Shown piece after piece: positions 41,402 to 50,495 of a DNA stretch of 64,000 nt. Source of the DNA: an uncultured Thermoleophilia bacterium (GTDB lineage Bacteria; Actinomycetota; Thermoleophilia; UBA2241); assembly GCA_963702475.1 (NCBI GenBank), contig CAVPCT010000006.1, positions 64,001 through 128,000 on the forward strand. The letters run 5' to 3'. Positions within the stretch are counted from its first letter, which is position 1. Every line of letters begins with the position of its first letter. A program made the position numbers and the translations under genes. The notes beneath the pieces are model-generated. The model was not told the DNA's origin, did not search any database, and was given only the letters and a program-made list of their open reading frames with translations.

Positions 41402-41427
41402 CTCAGCCCGAGACGAGGAGAAGCGAC

Positions 41428-41763
41428 ATGGAGCTGCGCGCAGAGATCGACCCCGGCGTGTGCGGGTATTCCACCGCCGTGACCGCGAGGTCCGACGACG
41501 GCCGGCACGTCGAGTTCACGTTCGAGTGCGACTGCGACCTCATCGCCGCGCTCGCGGACAAGGTCGCGGAGATCCAGCCGGTCGACGCGATCGCCACGCT
41601 GAGCCCGGACGAGAACGCGGTCCTCGCCGAGGCCCGCAAGATCCTGCAGGGCGCCGGCTGCTGCGAGGCGTGCGTGGTGCCGCAGGGAGCGGTGAAGGCC
41701 ATGTACATCATCACCGGTCTGGCGCTTCCGCGGAACGTCTCGATGAAGCTCCGCGACGAGTGA
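41428..41763 (+). CDS. Small Cys-rich protein (DUF6951-like)
   Basis: IDPGVCGY..ECDC..CEACVVP..GLALP; RBS GAGGAG. Confidence 0.7.
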   Translation: MELRAEIDPGVCGYSTAVTARSDDGRHVEFTFECDCDLIAALADKVAEIQPVDAIATLSPDENAVLAEARKILQGAGCCEACVVPQGAVKAMYIITGLALPRNVSMKLRDE

Positions 41764-41859
41764 GCGTCGCCCGATCCTCGAGCGCCTGCGGTAGACTCAG
41801 GGCACCCCACCCGTCCGCCGGCCGCGCTGCGCACGGCCCCGTGCCGAAAGGAGCCCAAG

Positions 41860-42954
41860 GTGCTGTCCAGCGAGGTCTCGCCGCCGTGCCCGGTCAACAC
41901 GTGGAACGAGTGGGACCCGCTCGAGGAGATCGTGGTCGGCATCGTCGAGGACGCCCTCATCCCGCCGTGGGAGACCATCACCCCGGCGGTGGTCCACGAC
42001 CGGACGCAGTGGCCGTTCTTCCAGGCCGAAGGCGGCGCGCGCTGGCCGGCCGAGCTGCTCAAGAAGGCCGAGGCGGACGTCGAGGCGTTCGTGCACATCC
42101 TCGAGGCCGAGGGCGTCACCGTGCGCCGGCCCGAGCGGTTCGCCTGGGACCAGCCGATCGCCGCGCCGGGCTGGTCCCTGCCCAGCTCCTGCTACGCGCT
42201 CATGCCGCGTGACGTGCTGCTCGTGGTGGGCGACCAGATCATCGAGGCGCCCATGGGCTGGCGCAGCCGCTTCTTCGAGCACCACGCCTACAAGAGCCTG
42301 TGCAAGGAGTACTGGCGGGGCGGGGCGCGCTGGGTCTCGGCCCCGCGCCCCGAGCTCACCGACGCCGGCTACGAGCCCGACTTCGTGCCGATGGAGGAGG
42401 GCGAGTCGCAGCGCACCATCGCCACCGAGTACGAGCCGCTCTTCGACGCCGCGGACGCCATCAAGTGCGGCGCCGACCTCTTCATCGCCCAGTCCAGCTG
42501 CTGCAACGCCTTCGGCATCGAGTGGCTGCGCCGTCACCTGGCGCCCGAGATCACCGTGCACGAGGTCGAGGTCTACGACACCCACCCCATGCACATCGAC
42601 GCGACCTTCTACCCGCTGGCACCGGGCAAGCTGCTGGTCCATCCGGAGCGCTGCGCCAAGGTGCCGGACATGTTCGAGAACGCCGGCTGGGACGTCCTCA
42701 CCTGCCCCGAGCCGGACATGTGTGTGGACCACCCGATGTTCAACTGCTCGCGCTGGATCAGCATGAACGTGGTGCTGCTGGACGAGGAGCGCGTGATCGT
42801 GGCCAAGGGCGAGGAGCGCCTCATCAGCGCTTTCAGGCAGTGGGGCTTGACGCCCATCGAGTGCCCGTTCTACGACTTCGAGACCATCGGCGGTGGGTTC
42901 CACTGCGCCAGCGTGGACATCCGCCGGCGGGGGACGCTGCGCTCGTACTTCTGA
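41860..42954 (+). CDS. Amidinotransferase (glycine or inosamine-phosphate amidinotransferase family)
   Basis: NEWDPLEEIVVG, MPRD, FDAAD, MHID, SMN and GGGFHC catalytic Cys. Confidence 0.92.
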   Translation: MLSSEVSPPCPVNTWNEWDPLEEIVVGIVEDALIPPWETITPAVVHDRTQWPFFQAEGGARWPAELLKKAEADVEAFVHILEAEGVTVRRPERFAWDQPIAAPGWSLPSSCYALMPRDVLLVVGDQIIEAPMGWRSRFFEHHAYKSLCKEYWRGGARWVSAPRPELTDAGYEPDFVPMEEGESQRTIATEYEPLFDAADAIKCGADLFIAQSSCCNAFGIEWLRRHLAPEITVHEVEVYDTHPMHIDATFYPLAPGKLLVHPERCAKVPDMFENAGWDVLTCPEPDMCVDHPMFNCSRWISMNVVLLDEERVIVAKGEERLISAFRQWGLTPIECPFYDFETIGGGFHCASVDIRRRGTLRSYF

Positions 42955-42997
42955 TGCCGCGACCGGGGGCCGTCGGGGAATCCGGCGCCGCCGATCC

Positions 42998-44086
42998 CTA
43001 CCTGCCCTTCCAGAGAAGGTACGGGCCCTCTGCGGCCTCCTCCGGCGTGAGCTCCAGGGGGAAGGTGACGGTGCGGCCCTCGGCCGCCGACCGGTACGCG
43101 GCGTAGACCACCTCGAGCGAGACGCGCCCGTCCGCGCCGGTCTCCAGCGGCGGGCGATCGTCGAGCACGCAGTCGGTGAAGTGCTGCATCTCCTGGGGCA
43201 TGCCGTAGTTGTAGTACTCCTCCGCGATGGCGTAGCTGTAGCCGAGGGTGGAGCCTTTCTCCACCGAGTAGCCGTAGCCGACGTCGCTGTAGGCCAAGAG
43301 CGACGACTGCTGCATCATGTCGCCGTGGCAGGTGCCGGCGCTGCCCTGGATGTCGAGGCGGTCGTCCATCCCTCCGGGCTTGGCCCAGCTGCCTTCGATC
43401 ACGCCCAGGCGGTCGCCCGCGAAGCGGATGGTGACCAGGGCGTGGTCCTCCAGGTCGGTGCGGTCGCCGTGCACGAACGTGCCCAGCACCGCCGTGACGC
43501 TCTCGACCGTCGGCTTGTCGTACAGCCACCGGATGACCTCCACGCTGTGGCAGCCCATGTCCATCATCACGCCGCCGCCGGCGAGGCGGCCGTCCCAGAA
43601 CCAGTCCGAGTGCGGCCCGTAGTGGGTCTCGCCGTGCCTGATCTGGAAGACGCGGCCGAAGGCGCCTTCGTCCATCAGGTCCTTGGCGCGCACGTAGCGC
43701 GGCGCGAAGCAGATGAGCTCGGCGTACATGAGCTTGACGCCGGCGCGCCGGGCGGCGGCGATCATCTCGTCCGCCTCCGCCATGGTGCGCGCCAGCGGCT
43801 TCTCGCACACGATGTGCTTGCCCGCCTCGGCCGCTGCAACGGCGATGTCGCGGTGCACGAAGTTGGGCGCGCCGATGCAGACCATGTCGACGTCCGGGCG
43901 CTCGAGCATGCGCCGCGCGTCGTCGTAGGCGGCGTCGAGCCCATACGTCTGGGCCAGCTTGCGGGCCCTGGCCATGTCCGGGTCGGCGACGGCCAGGACG
44001 CGAGCTCCTTTCACGCGTTGGAACGCGAGCGCGTGCTGGTCACTGATGAGCCCGGCTCCGACCAGGCCGACGCCGATCTCGTCCAT
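42998..44086 (-). CDS. Gfo/Idh/MocA family oxidoreductase
   Basis: GLVGAG, HIVCEKP, GGGVMMDMGCH; ATG 44086 follows GAGGAG. Confidence 0.9.
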   Translation of the reverse strand: MDEIGVGLVGAGLISDQHALAFQRVKGARVLAVADPDMARARKLAQTYGLDAAYDDARRMLERPDVDMVCIGAPNFVHRDIAVAAAEAGKHIVCEKPLARTMAEADEMIAAARRAGVKLMYAELICFAPRYVRAKDLMDEGAFGRVFQIRHGETHYGPHSDWFWDGRLAGGGVMMDMGCHSVEVIRWLYDKPTVESVTAVLGTFVHGDRTDLEDHALVTIRFAGDRLGVIEGSWAKPGGMDDRLDIQGSAGTCHGDMMQQSSLLAYSDVGYGYSVEKGSTLGYSYAIAEEYYNYGMPQEMQHFTDCVLDDRPPLETGADGRVSLEVVYAAYRSAAEGRTVTFPLELTPEEAAEGPYLLWKGR

Positions 44087-44118
44087 CGTCTGTCTCCTCG
44101 TTCTTCGCAGGTGGAGGT

Positions 44119-45582
44119 TCAACCCAGGGCCGCGTCGGCCGCGTCCACGATGCGGCGCAACTCGGCCTGGACGTCGGCGGGGAGCGGCTCGGGGCGGTGC
44201 TCGGCCACGACCCGCCGCGCCTCGTCGCGGGCGCGCTGCGCCAGGTCGGTCGCGCCGGCCGCCTGCCAGGCAGCGAGCACGTCACGGTCCCACAGCCTCG
44301 GCTGACTCGCCTCACGCATGTGCCGCAGCGTGTGGTCGGTGGAGATGAACTCGCCGCCCGGTCCTACCTCGTGGATGAGGTCCACCGCCAGCGTCTCGCG
44401 GCTGACCGGCACGCCGCGCACCAGCTGGCGGATGAGCGCGATGGCCTCGTTGTCCATGACCATCTGCCCCAAGTCGCACGTCATGCCCGATTCGAGCATC
44501 CCCGCACCGTAGATCAGGCTGGCCCCTGCCAGCGCTGGCGCAAGTCCGGTGAGGGTCTTCTCGTAGGCCGTCTGCGCGTCGCTCACCTTGGAGTCCGCCT
44601 ACAAGCCGGCGACCCAGCACGGCATCTCGTAGAGGGCGCTGAGTTGCGCGACGCAGGCGTTGAGCAGCGCCGTCTCGGGCGTGCCGACGGAGGCGGTGCC
44701 GAGGCGAAGGTCCATGGCGGTGCTCGATGAGGAGTAGATGACGGGCGCGCCGCGCTCGGCGAGCTGGACCATCACGGTCCCGGCCAGGACCTCGGCGTTG
44801 TGGACGACCAGCGTACCGGCGAGCGTCTGGGGAGTGGTGCCGCCCGACATGCACATCGCGAGGATACTCAGGGGCAGGCCGTTGCGGGCCGCGAAGAGGC
44901 AGACGTCGGTGCCCTGCTCCGTGAGCTGCAACGGGCTCAGCGAGCACATGCCCATGCCGAGGAAGGGTCGTTCGCGCAGCTCGTCGTGGCCGCCGGCCAC
45001 GGCCGCGGCCAGATCGAAGCACGTCGCCTGCTCGGCTTTGCTGAGCGGTCCGAACATCATCGGCTTCGTCACGTGCGGCAACGCCGCCGCCAGGTGATGC
45101 ACGGTGGCCAGCTCTTCGGGGCAGTCGCGCGGGGTGATCGCCGCCTCGTACACGTCGATGTCGCTGGCCCAGTCCACCACCCTGCAGATGTCGGCGACGT
45201 CGGCGGTGCGCGCCGGGCGGTTCTCGCCCGTCTCGAGGTCGTTCACTTTCGGAGCCTCACCGAAGTTCATGAAGGCCAGGCGGCCGTCGCCCAGCATCAG
45301 GTCGTGCCGCGGGTCGCGGCCGCACCAGCGGATCAGCGGCGGCGCCGAGCCGACACAGTCCTCCACCACGCTCGCCGGGATGCGCACGATGCGGCTGTCG
45401 TCGTCGACCACGCAACCGCCGTCGCGGAACACCGCGCGCGCGTCCGCGGCCTCGACGAGGACGCCGGTGCGTTCAAGCACCTCCAGGGTGGAGAGGTGGA
45501 TGTCGTGCAGGTCGCTGCCGCTCAGGGGAGGAGCGGCGATGCCCTGCGTGCGCGGGAGCCCCGCGTACTCGCCTCGTTTCAT
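44119..45582 (-). CDS. mttB: Trimethylamine:corrinoid methyltransferase MttB with an in-frame amber codon (putative pyrrolysine), 487 aa with readthrough
   Basis: The 327-aa ORF and the 155-aa ORF are in the same frame, separated by TAG. The joined protein aligns end to end with my recollection of methanogen MttB: MSGG..P..LAGTLV.HNAEVL, P.(W/Y)VAG.-O-.D.K..D.Q...EKT, ALAGA..IYGAGMLE.GMT, PVS.ETLAV. Confidence 0.9.
44599..44601 (-). other. In-frame UAG, codon 328 of mttB, at the pyrrolysine position
   Basis: Minus strand TGC TGG GTC GCC GGC TTG TAG GCG GAC TCC AAG GTG AGC GAC. Confidence 0.88.
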
Positions 45583-45649
45583 GGTCGTGTGTGCCTCCGT
45601 CGTCTCGGCAGGGCCGCGTGGGCGCTGCGCTCCGCGGCCCTGCGTGTGG

Positions 45650-46933
45650 TCATGCTATCGCCCCGGCCAGCGAGTCCAGGGCGTGGAACGCGCGCGTGAT
45701 CGGGCCTGCCGGCCCGGCGCGCGGCTGGCTCGAGAGCTTGACTACGACGATGCCCGCGCCGGCGTCGACGTAGAGCATCTGCCCGTACATGCCGACCCCC
45801 AGCAGCACCGCACGGCCGGGAGCCGGCTCGGCCACCCAGAAGCCGCCGCGGTAGGAGCCTCCCGGCAGCATGTCAGCGTCGTCCGAGGCGGCGAACACGG
45901 CCCTGTCGCCGTTGCGCCGTGCGTCTTCCAGCCACCAGTCCGGTACGACCTGCCGGCCGTTCCAGCACCCGTCCTTGGCCAGCATCTGGCCGAAGCGCCC
46001 CAGGTCGCGCAGGCTGCTGCAGAGCCCGCCGTCGAGCAGGGCGCTGCCGGCGCCGTCCAGCAGCACGTAGGCGTCGTGCTCCGTGCCGAGCTTGCCCCAC
46101 ACCTCGTCGCGGATGAGACGGGGCACCGGCGCGCCCGAGGCGCGCTCGAGCACCCACCCGAGCACGTCCGTGTTGAGCGACACGTAGTGCAGCGCGGCGC
46201 CGTGCGCGCCGCCGGGCGCGGTGGCCGTCGCGTAGTCGTAGATCGAGCCGGGCTCGTCGGCGGCGCGGCGCGGCTTGAGTCCGCAGAGGCGGTCCAGCCG
46301 GGAGTCCTCGCTGTCGGCGTCCTCGTGGTCCTCCGTGTAGGCGATGCCGACGGTCATGTCCAGGAGGTGACGCACGGTCGCCCCAGCGTACGCGCTGTGC
46401 GCCAGCTCCGGCACGAGGTCTGTCACGACTCGGTCCGGGTCCAGGAGGCCGCGCTCGGCCAGGCAGGCGGCCACGCAGGAGCCGAGCGACTTGGTGATGG
46501 AGTGCCACAGGTGCGGCGTGCCCGGCGCGAGCGTGCCGAAGTAGCGCTCGCAGAGGACCCGCCCGTCAAGCAGCACCAGCACGCCGTCGGTGTCGGTCGC
46601 GGCGAGCATCTCCGCGAACGACCATGTGCCCGGGGGCGCTCCCGCCGAGGCGTCGCCGACGTCCACGAGCTCGAGGTCGTCGAGCGCGGCGGGAGCCGCG
46701 GCCAGCTCGACGACCGGCTCGTGGCGCGTCGAGACGTCGGCGGTGCCGACCACCTCCCGCGCGTGCTGCATGAACCACTGCGTGCGGCGCGGGTCGGCGT
46801 ACACCTGATCGGCCCGCACGCGCCGGCCGGGAGGCGGCGGGAAGCCGCGCATGAGCGTCGCGTCGAACGTGCTCGGCGCCGACGCGCCGGGCTCGCGCGC
46901 GGCTCCGGCCTCGTGCCCGCGCGTCGTGGTCAC
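45650..46933 (-). CDS. Serine hydrolase, beta-lactamase class C-like (6-aminohexanoate-dimer hydrolase NylB-like)
   Basis: MRGFPPP, HSITKS (SxxK), TVRHLLDM, YVSLNTDVLGW, GMYGQ. Confidence 0.88.
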   Translation of the reverse strand: MTTTRGHEAGAAREPGASAPSTFDATLMRGFPPPPGRRVRADQVYADPRRTQWFMQHAREVVGTADVSTRHEPVVELAAAPAALDDLELVDVGDASAGAPPGTWSFAEMLAATDTDGVLVLLDGRVLCERYFGTLAPGTPHLWHSITKSLGSCVAACLAERGLLDPDRVVTDLVPELAHSAYAGATVRHLLDMTVGIAYTEDHEDADSEDSRLDRLCGLKPRRAADEPGSIYDYATATAPGGAHGAALHYVSLNTDVLGWVLERASGAPVPRLIRDEVWGKLGTEHDAYVLLDGAGSALLDGGLCSSLRDLGRFGQMLAKDGCWNGRQVVPDWWLEDARRNGDRAVFAASDDADMLPGGSYRGGFWVAEPAPGRAVLLGVGMYGQMLYVDAGAGIVVVKLSSQPRAGPAGPITRAFHALDSLAGAIA

Positions 46934-46937
46934 GCGC

Positions 46938-47732
46938 TCAGCCGCCGGCCCCCGGCAGAGCCGGTGGCGCCATGCGGGGGTCGGCCCAGAAGCCCTGCAT
47001 GATGCCTCCGTCCACGCGGATCGTGATGCCGGTGACGTACTCCGCCTCGTCCGAGGCCAAGAAGAGGACCACGTTGGCCTGATCGCGGGGCAGCGCCGGA
47101 CGGCGCAGGGGGATCCGCTCCATGTAGCCCCGGTACGTGTCCTGGTCGTCGGTGAAATCCATCATCGGCGTCATCGTCATGCCGGGGGCCACCGCCACGC
47201 AGCGCACGCCGAGGTGCGCCAGCTCGAACGCCATGCTCTGGGTGAGCAGGTTCACGCCGCCCTTGGCGGCGTTGTAGTCGGCGTAGGGCGACTCCACGAT
47301 GAACGAGTTGCACGACGAGATGTTGACGATCACGCCGCCGCCGTGCTGCACCATGTTCCGGGCGGCGGCTTGGCTCGTATAGAAGTAGCCATTCAGGTTG
47401 ATGTCGATGACGCGCTGCCACTGCTCCGGGGTGATGTCGAGGATGCCGACCATAGGGGCGATGGCCGCCGCGTTCACGAGCACGTGGATGTGGCCGCGCC
47501 GCTCGGCGACGCCGTCGACGGCCGCCCGCACCGCGGCGGGGTCGCTCACGTCCAGTGCCGCGGCCTCGATGCGCTCCTCCGGCCCTCCGGCGCACGTCTC
47601 GGCGAGGCCTTTCTCGTTGAGGTCGACCGCAACCACGAAGGCGCCCTCTTCGGCGAAGCGCCAGCTGAACTCCTGGCCCATGCCCTGCGCTGCCCCGGTG
47701 ACGATGACCGTCTTGCCCTGGAACCTTCCCAT
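46938..47732 (-). CDS. Short-chain dehydrogenase/reductase
   Basis: TGAAQGMG, NAA, YNAAK, VDGG. Confidence 0.92.
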   Translation of the reverse strand: MGRFQGKTVIVTGAAQGMGQEFSWRFAEEGAFVVAVDLNEKGLAETCAGGPEERIEAAALDVSDPAAVRAAVDGVAERRGHIHVLVNAAAIAPMVGILDITPEQWQRVIDINLNGYFYTSQAAARNMVQHGGGVIVNISSCNSFIVESPYADYNAAKGGVNLLTQSMAFELAHLGVRCVAVAPGMTMTPMMDFTDDQDTYRGYMERIPLRRPALPRDQANVVLFLASDEAEYVTGITIRVDGGIMQGFWADPRMAPPALPGAGG

Positions 47733-47767
47733 GTCCACCCTCCGATGGCGTAGTGCGCCGTCTCCGC

Positions 47768-48991
47768 CTACCGCCGCGGCGCGCCGGGGAGCCCGAGGGG
47801 CTCGTCGCCGCGGATCTCGCGCAGCAGCTCGATGTACTCGCAGAAGTTCTCGAACGGCATGTCGATGGGGACGAGGTGGTCCGGGCTGGGGAAGTACGGC
47901 CCCGTGTCCGCCAGGGCGCGGACCTTGGTCAGCACCTCGTGGCGCAGCGACGCCTTGTCCTTCATCAGCTCACGCTTGTCGAGTCCCCCAGCGAGGATGA
48001 TCTCCTTGCCGTACTTGCGGCGCAGCGCGAGGGGGTCCGTGCCGGCCGCGATCTCGAGCGGCCAGAACAGGTTGATCCCAGCATCCAGCCAGATCGGCAC
48101 GAGCTCATCGACGTTGCCGTCGCAGTCGAGGTAGAGGACGTCACAGCCGGCGTCGCGGATGACCTTGTTGAGCCGCTCGTAGCGGGGCAGCATGAAGGTC
48201 CGGACCATCTTCGGGCTGATCATCGGCCCGCTCTTGTAGGCCATGTCCTCCCAGTACCACACCCAGTCGAGGCGGATGTCCCTGGTCACCCTCTTCACCA
48301 TGGCCATCTCGAGCTGCAGCACGGTCTCCATCATGTCCTCGACGAGGTCCGGGTCGTCGTAGAAGAGGTACATGAGGTCCTCGGTGCCGACCCACATGTT
48401 GAGGTAGCCGAAGAACCCGCCCACCTCCATCGACACCGGGCAGTCCAGCGCGTTGATCGCGGCCGCGTACGCCTCCCAGTCGGCGGGGTAGCGGCCGGGC
48501 GTGTCGGGGTCGAGCCTCGCCTTCACCCGCGCCCAGGAGCGCCGGTCCTTGACCGGATGGTCGAGCCAGGCGGGCATGTTGAACGCCTTGCCCTTGAGCA
48601 GGCGCTCACTGATGCCGGCGCTGTCCCGCACCACCACGCTCGTCTCGTCCTCCTCCAGTACCTGCGGGGTGAACGGCGGGTTGAGCAGGAAGGAGTGGTC
48701 GTGGGCGACCACCCCGGGCACGTACTCGTACATGCGCGTGCCCGCGTCCATGCCGCTGTGCACCTCGGCCAGCGACCGGGAGGGGTCGAAGCCGAAGAAC
48801 TCGTCGACCGGGCTGGGTGTGCCGTAGTCGAGGTCGTCCACGCCGAGAAAGCCGGCCGGCGCCCCCTGGGCGACCCAGGCCTGGATCGTCTCGGGCCAGA
48901 AGATGTGGATGCCGTTGCCGAGGATGCCGAAGTCGCCCAGGCGTTCTCCCCGGCAGATCTCGCGGAACCGCTGTCTCGTGAATGCCGTCAT
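47768..48991 (-). CDS. UroD/MtaA-fold protein, paralog of 911-2116
   Basis: MTAFTRQRFREICRGE start; WEDMAYKSGPMISP, DCDGNV, GGLDK, PDHLVP; ATGA overlap with the corrinoid gene. Confidence 0.87.
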   Translation of the reverse strand: MTAFTRQRFREICRGERLGDFGILGNGIHIFWPETIQAWVAQGAPAGFLGVDDLDYGTPSPVDEFFGFDPSRSLAEVHSGMDAGTRMYEYVPGVVAHDHSFLLNPPFTPQVLEEDETSVVVRDSAGISERLLKGKAFNMPAWLDHPVKDRRSWARVKARLDPDTPGRYPADWEAYAAAINALDCPVSMEVGGFFGYLNMWVGTEDLMYLFYDDPDLVEDMMETVLQLEMAMVKRVTRDIRLDWVWYWEDMAYKSGPMISPKMVRTFMLPRYERLNKVIRDAGCDVLYLDCDGNVDELVPIWLDAGINLFWPLEIAAGTDPLALRRKYGKEIILAGGLDKRELMKDKASLRHEVLTKVRALADTGPYFPSPDHLVPIDMPFENFCEYIELLREIRGDEPLGLPGAPRR

Positions 48992-49645
48992 GACGCACCT
49001 CCCGCGGCGCCGGCGAGCAGGCGTTCCGCCTCGTCCACGGCGAGGATGCAGTCTTCGGCGAACCCTTCCGCGCCGATCTCGTCCGCCAGCGCGCGGGAGA
49101 CCGGTGCGCCGCCCACCATCACGGCGCACGCTGCCGCGCAGGCCGCGCTCCGCGAGCGCGTCGATGACGCGGCGGAACTGAGGCGTGGTCGTCGTGAGCA
49201 GCGCCGAGAGCGCCACGATGTCGGCGCGATGCTCCTCCGCGGCCGCGGCGAAGCTGTCGGCGCTCACGTCGGTGCCCAGGTCCACGACCTCGAAGCCGTT
49301 GCCTCTCAGCAGCATGCCCACGAGGCGCTTGCCGATGTCGTGGAGGTCGCCCTCCACGGTCCCGAGGACGACGACGCCCCTGCTCGGGCGCGCATCACCG
49401 GTGAGAGACGGCCGGAGCAGCTCCAGGCCGGCCGTCATGGCGCGCACGCTGATGAGGATCTCTGGCAGGTAGGCCTGCCCGTCCTTGAACAGCCGGCCGA
49501 GCTGCTGCAGCCCGGGGGTGAGGCCCTCGGTCAGGACCGCGTGCGGCGCGACTCCTTCTGCGAGCGCCTCGCCGACCAGCCTCACGACCGCGTTGCGGTC
49601 GCCGTCACGGACTCCATCGGAGATGCGCTCGAGCACCTCGTTCAC
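48988..49645 (-). CDS. Corrinoid methyl-carrier protein, paralog of 264-908; frameshift at ~49130
   Basis: YLPEILISVRAM, GDLHDIGK, SALLTTT; the C-terminus VMVGGAPVS..GFAEDC is in another frame. Confidence 0.88.
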
Positions 49646-50374
49646 CTCGGGCCTCCCTCGTCGGGTGACGCGTGCAGGCTCCAGCCGGGGCACGCCGTGA
49701 CATCCGGTCCGGGCGGGGACGGCTGTGGGGGGACAGCGCCCTCCGCCAGCACGCTCGCCACGTCGTCGAAGTCGGTCCAGGGCCGGTAGCGGACGCCCGC
49801 AAGGGAGCACAGCTCCGCGAGCCGGCCCTTGGCGAACACCACGTCCGCGAACAGGGCGCCGTAGCGGTCCGTCATGCCGTCGCCGACGAACGCGGTCCAC
49901 TCCGCGGTCTCGCGCGCGCGCAGCACCGCCTGCGCCTTGCAGGTGCCGCACCCCGCGCACCGCCGGTGCGCGTGCGGGTGGGTGAGGCGAAGGCCGTCCG
50001 CGGTGCGTCTCGACCGCGTTCGCCAGCACGGGCACGTCACCGAGCCCGGCCGCGTCGAGCATGGGGCGCACGTAGAAGCCGAGTCCGTCGCTGACCACAG
50101 TGACCTCGGCCCCCACGTCCCGTGCCCGGCGGATGAGCGCCGGGAACGTGGGGTCGACGGCGAAGCGCTCGAGGACGTAGTCCACCATCTCGACCAGGGA
50201 GGCGCGCAGCATGCGGGTCTGCGCGCCTATCGCGTCCCGCAGCGAGACTCGCCCCGCGTAGGCCTCGTCGTCCAGCGCGCGCCAGTCGCCTTCGGCGAAG
50301 CGGGCGCAGACCGCGTTCCCCACGTCCGTGGGGCAGACGGTGCCGTCGAAGTCGGCGAGGACGGTCGGCATCAC
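49642..50374 (-). CDS. HAD phosphatase, MtnX-like; frameshift at ~50008
   Basis: DFDGT, VSDG; CAGCGTCK, VGDGMTD and ADVVFAK are in the second frame. Confidence 0.82.
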
Positions 50375-50457
50375 GCTTCAGTCCACCTCTCCATGAGGAT
50401 GATGTGCGAATCACTGCCGATGATCTGTTGTTTCACACATTCATTCGTACTTTTCAC

Positions 50458-50486
50458 TTGCGGTCTCACATTACATGACGTACATT
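50458..50486 (+). promoter_or_regulatory. Putative promoter of the deoR operon within an AT-rich divergent intergenic region
   Basis: TTGCGG, 17-nt spacer, TACATT, 9 nt before ATG 50496 (near-leaderless). Repeated T(T/C)TCAC and ACAT words in 50430-50490. Confidence 0.5.
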
Positions 50487-50495
50487 CGCACGGCA

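Noticed and set aside
47768-50374. 868-aa ORF that looks like a HAD-corrinoid-UroD triple fusion
   Set aside because: It results from two indels (~50008, ~49130). The proper C-termini of the HAD and corrinoid proteins are in other frames with normal stop/start overlaps, and the paralogs at 264-2116 are separate genes.
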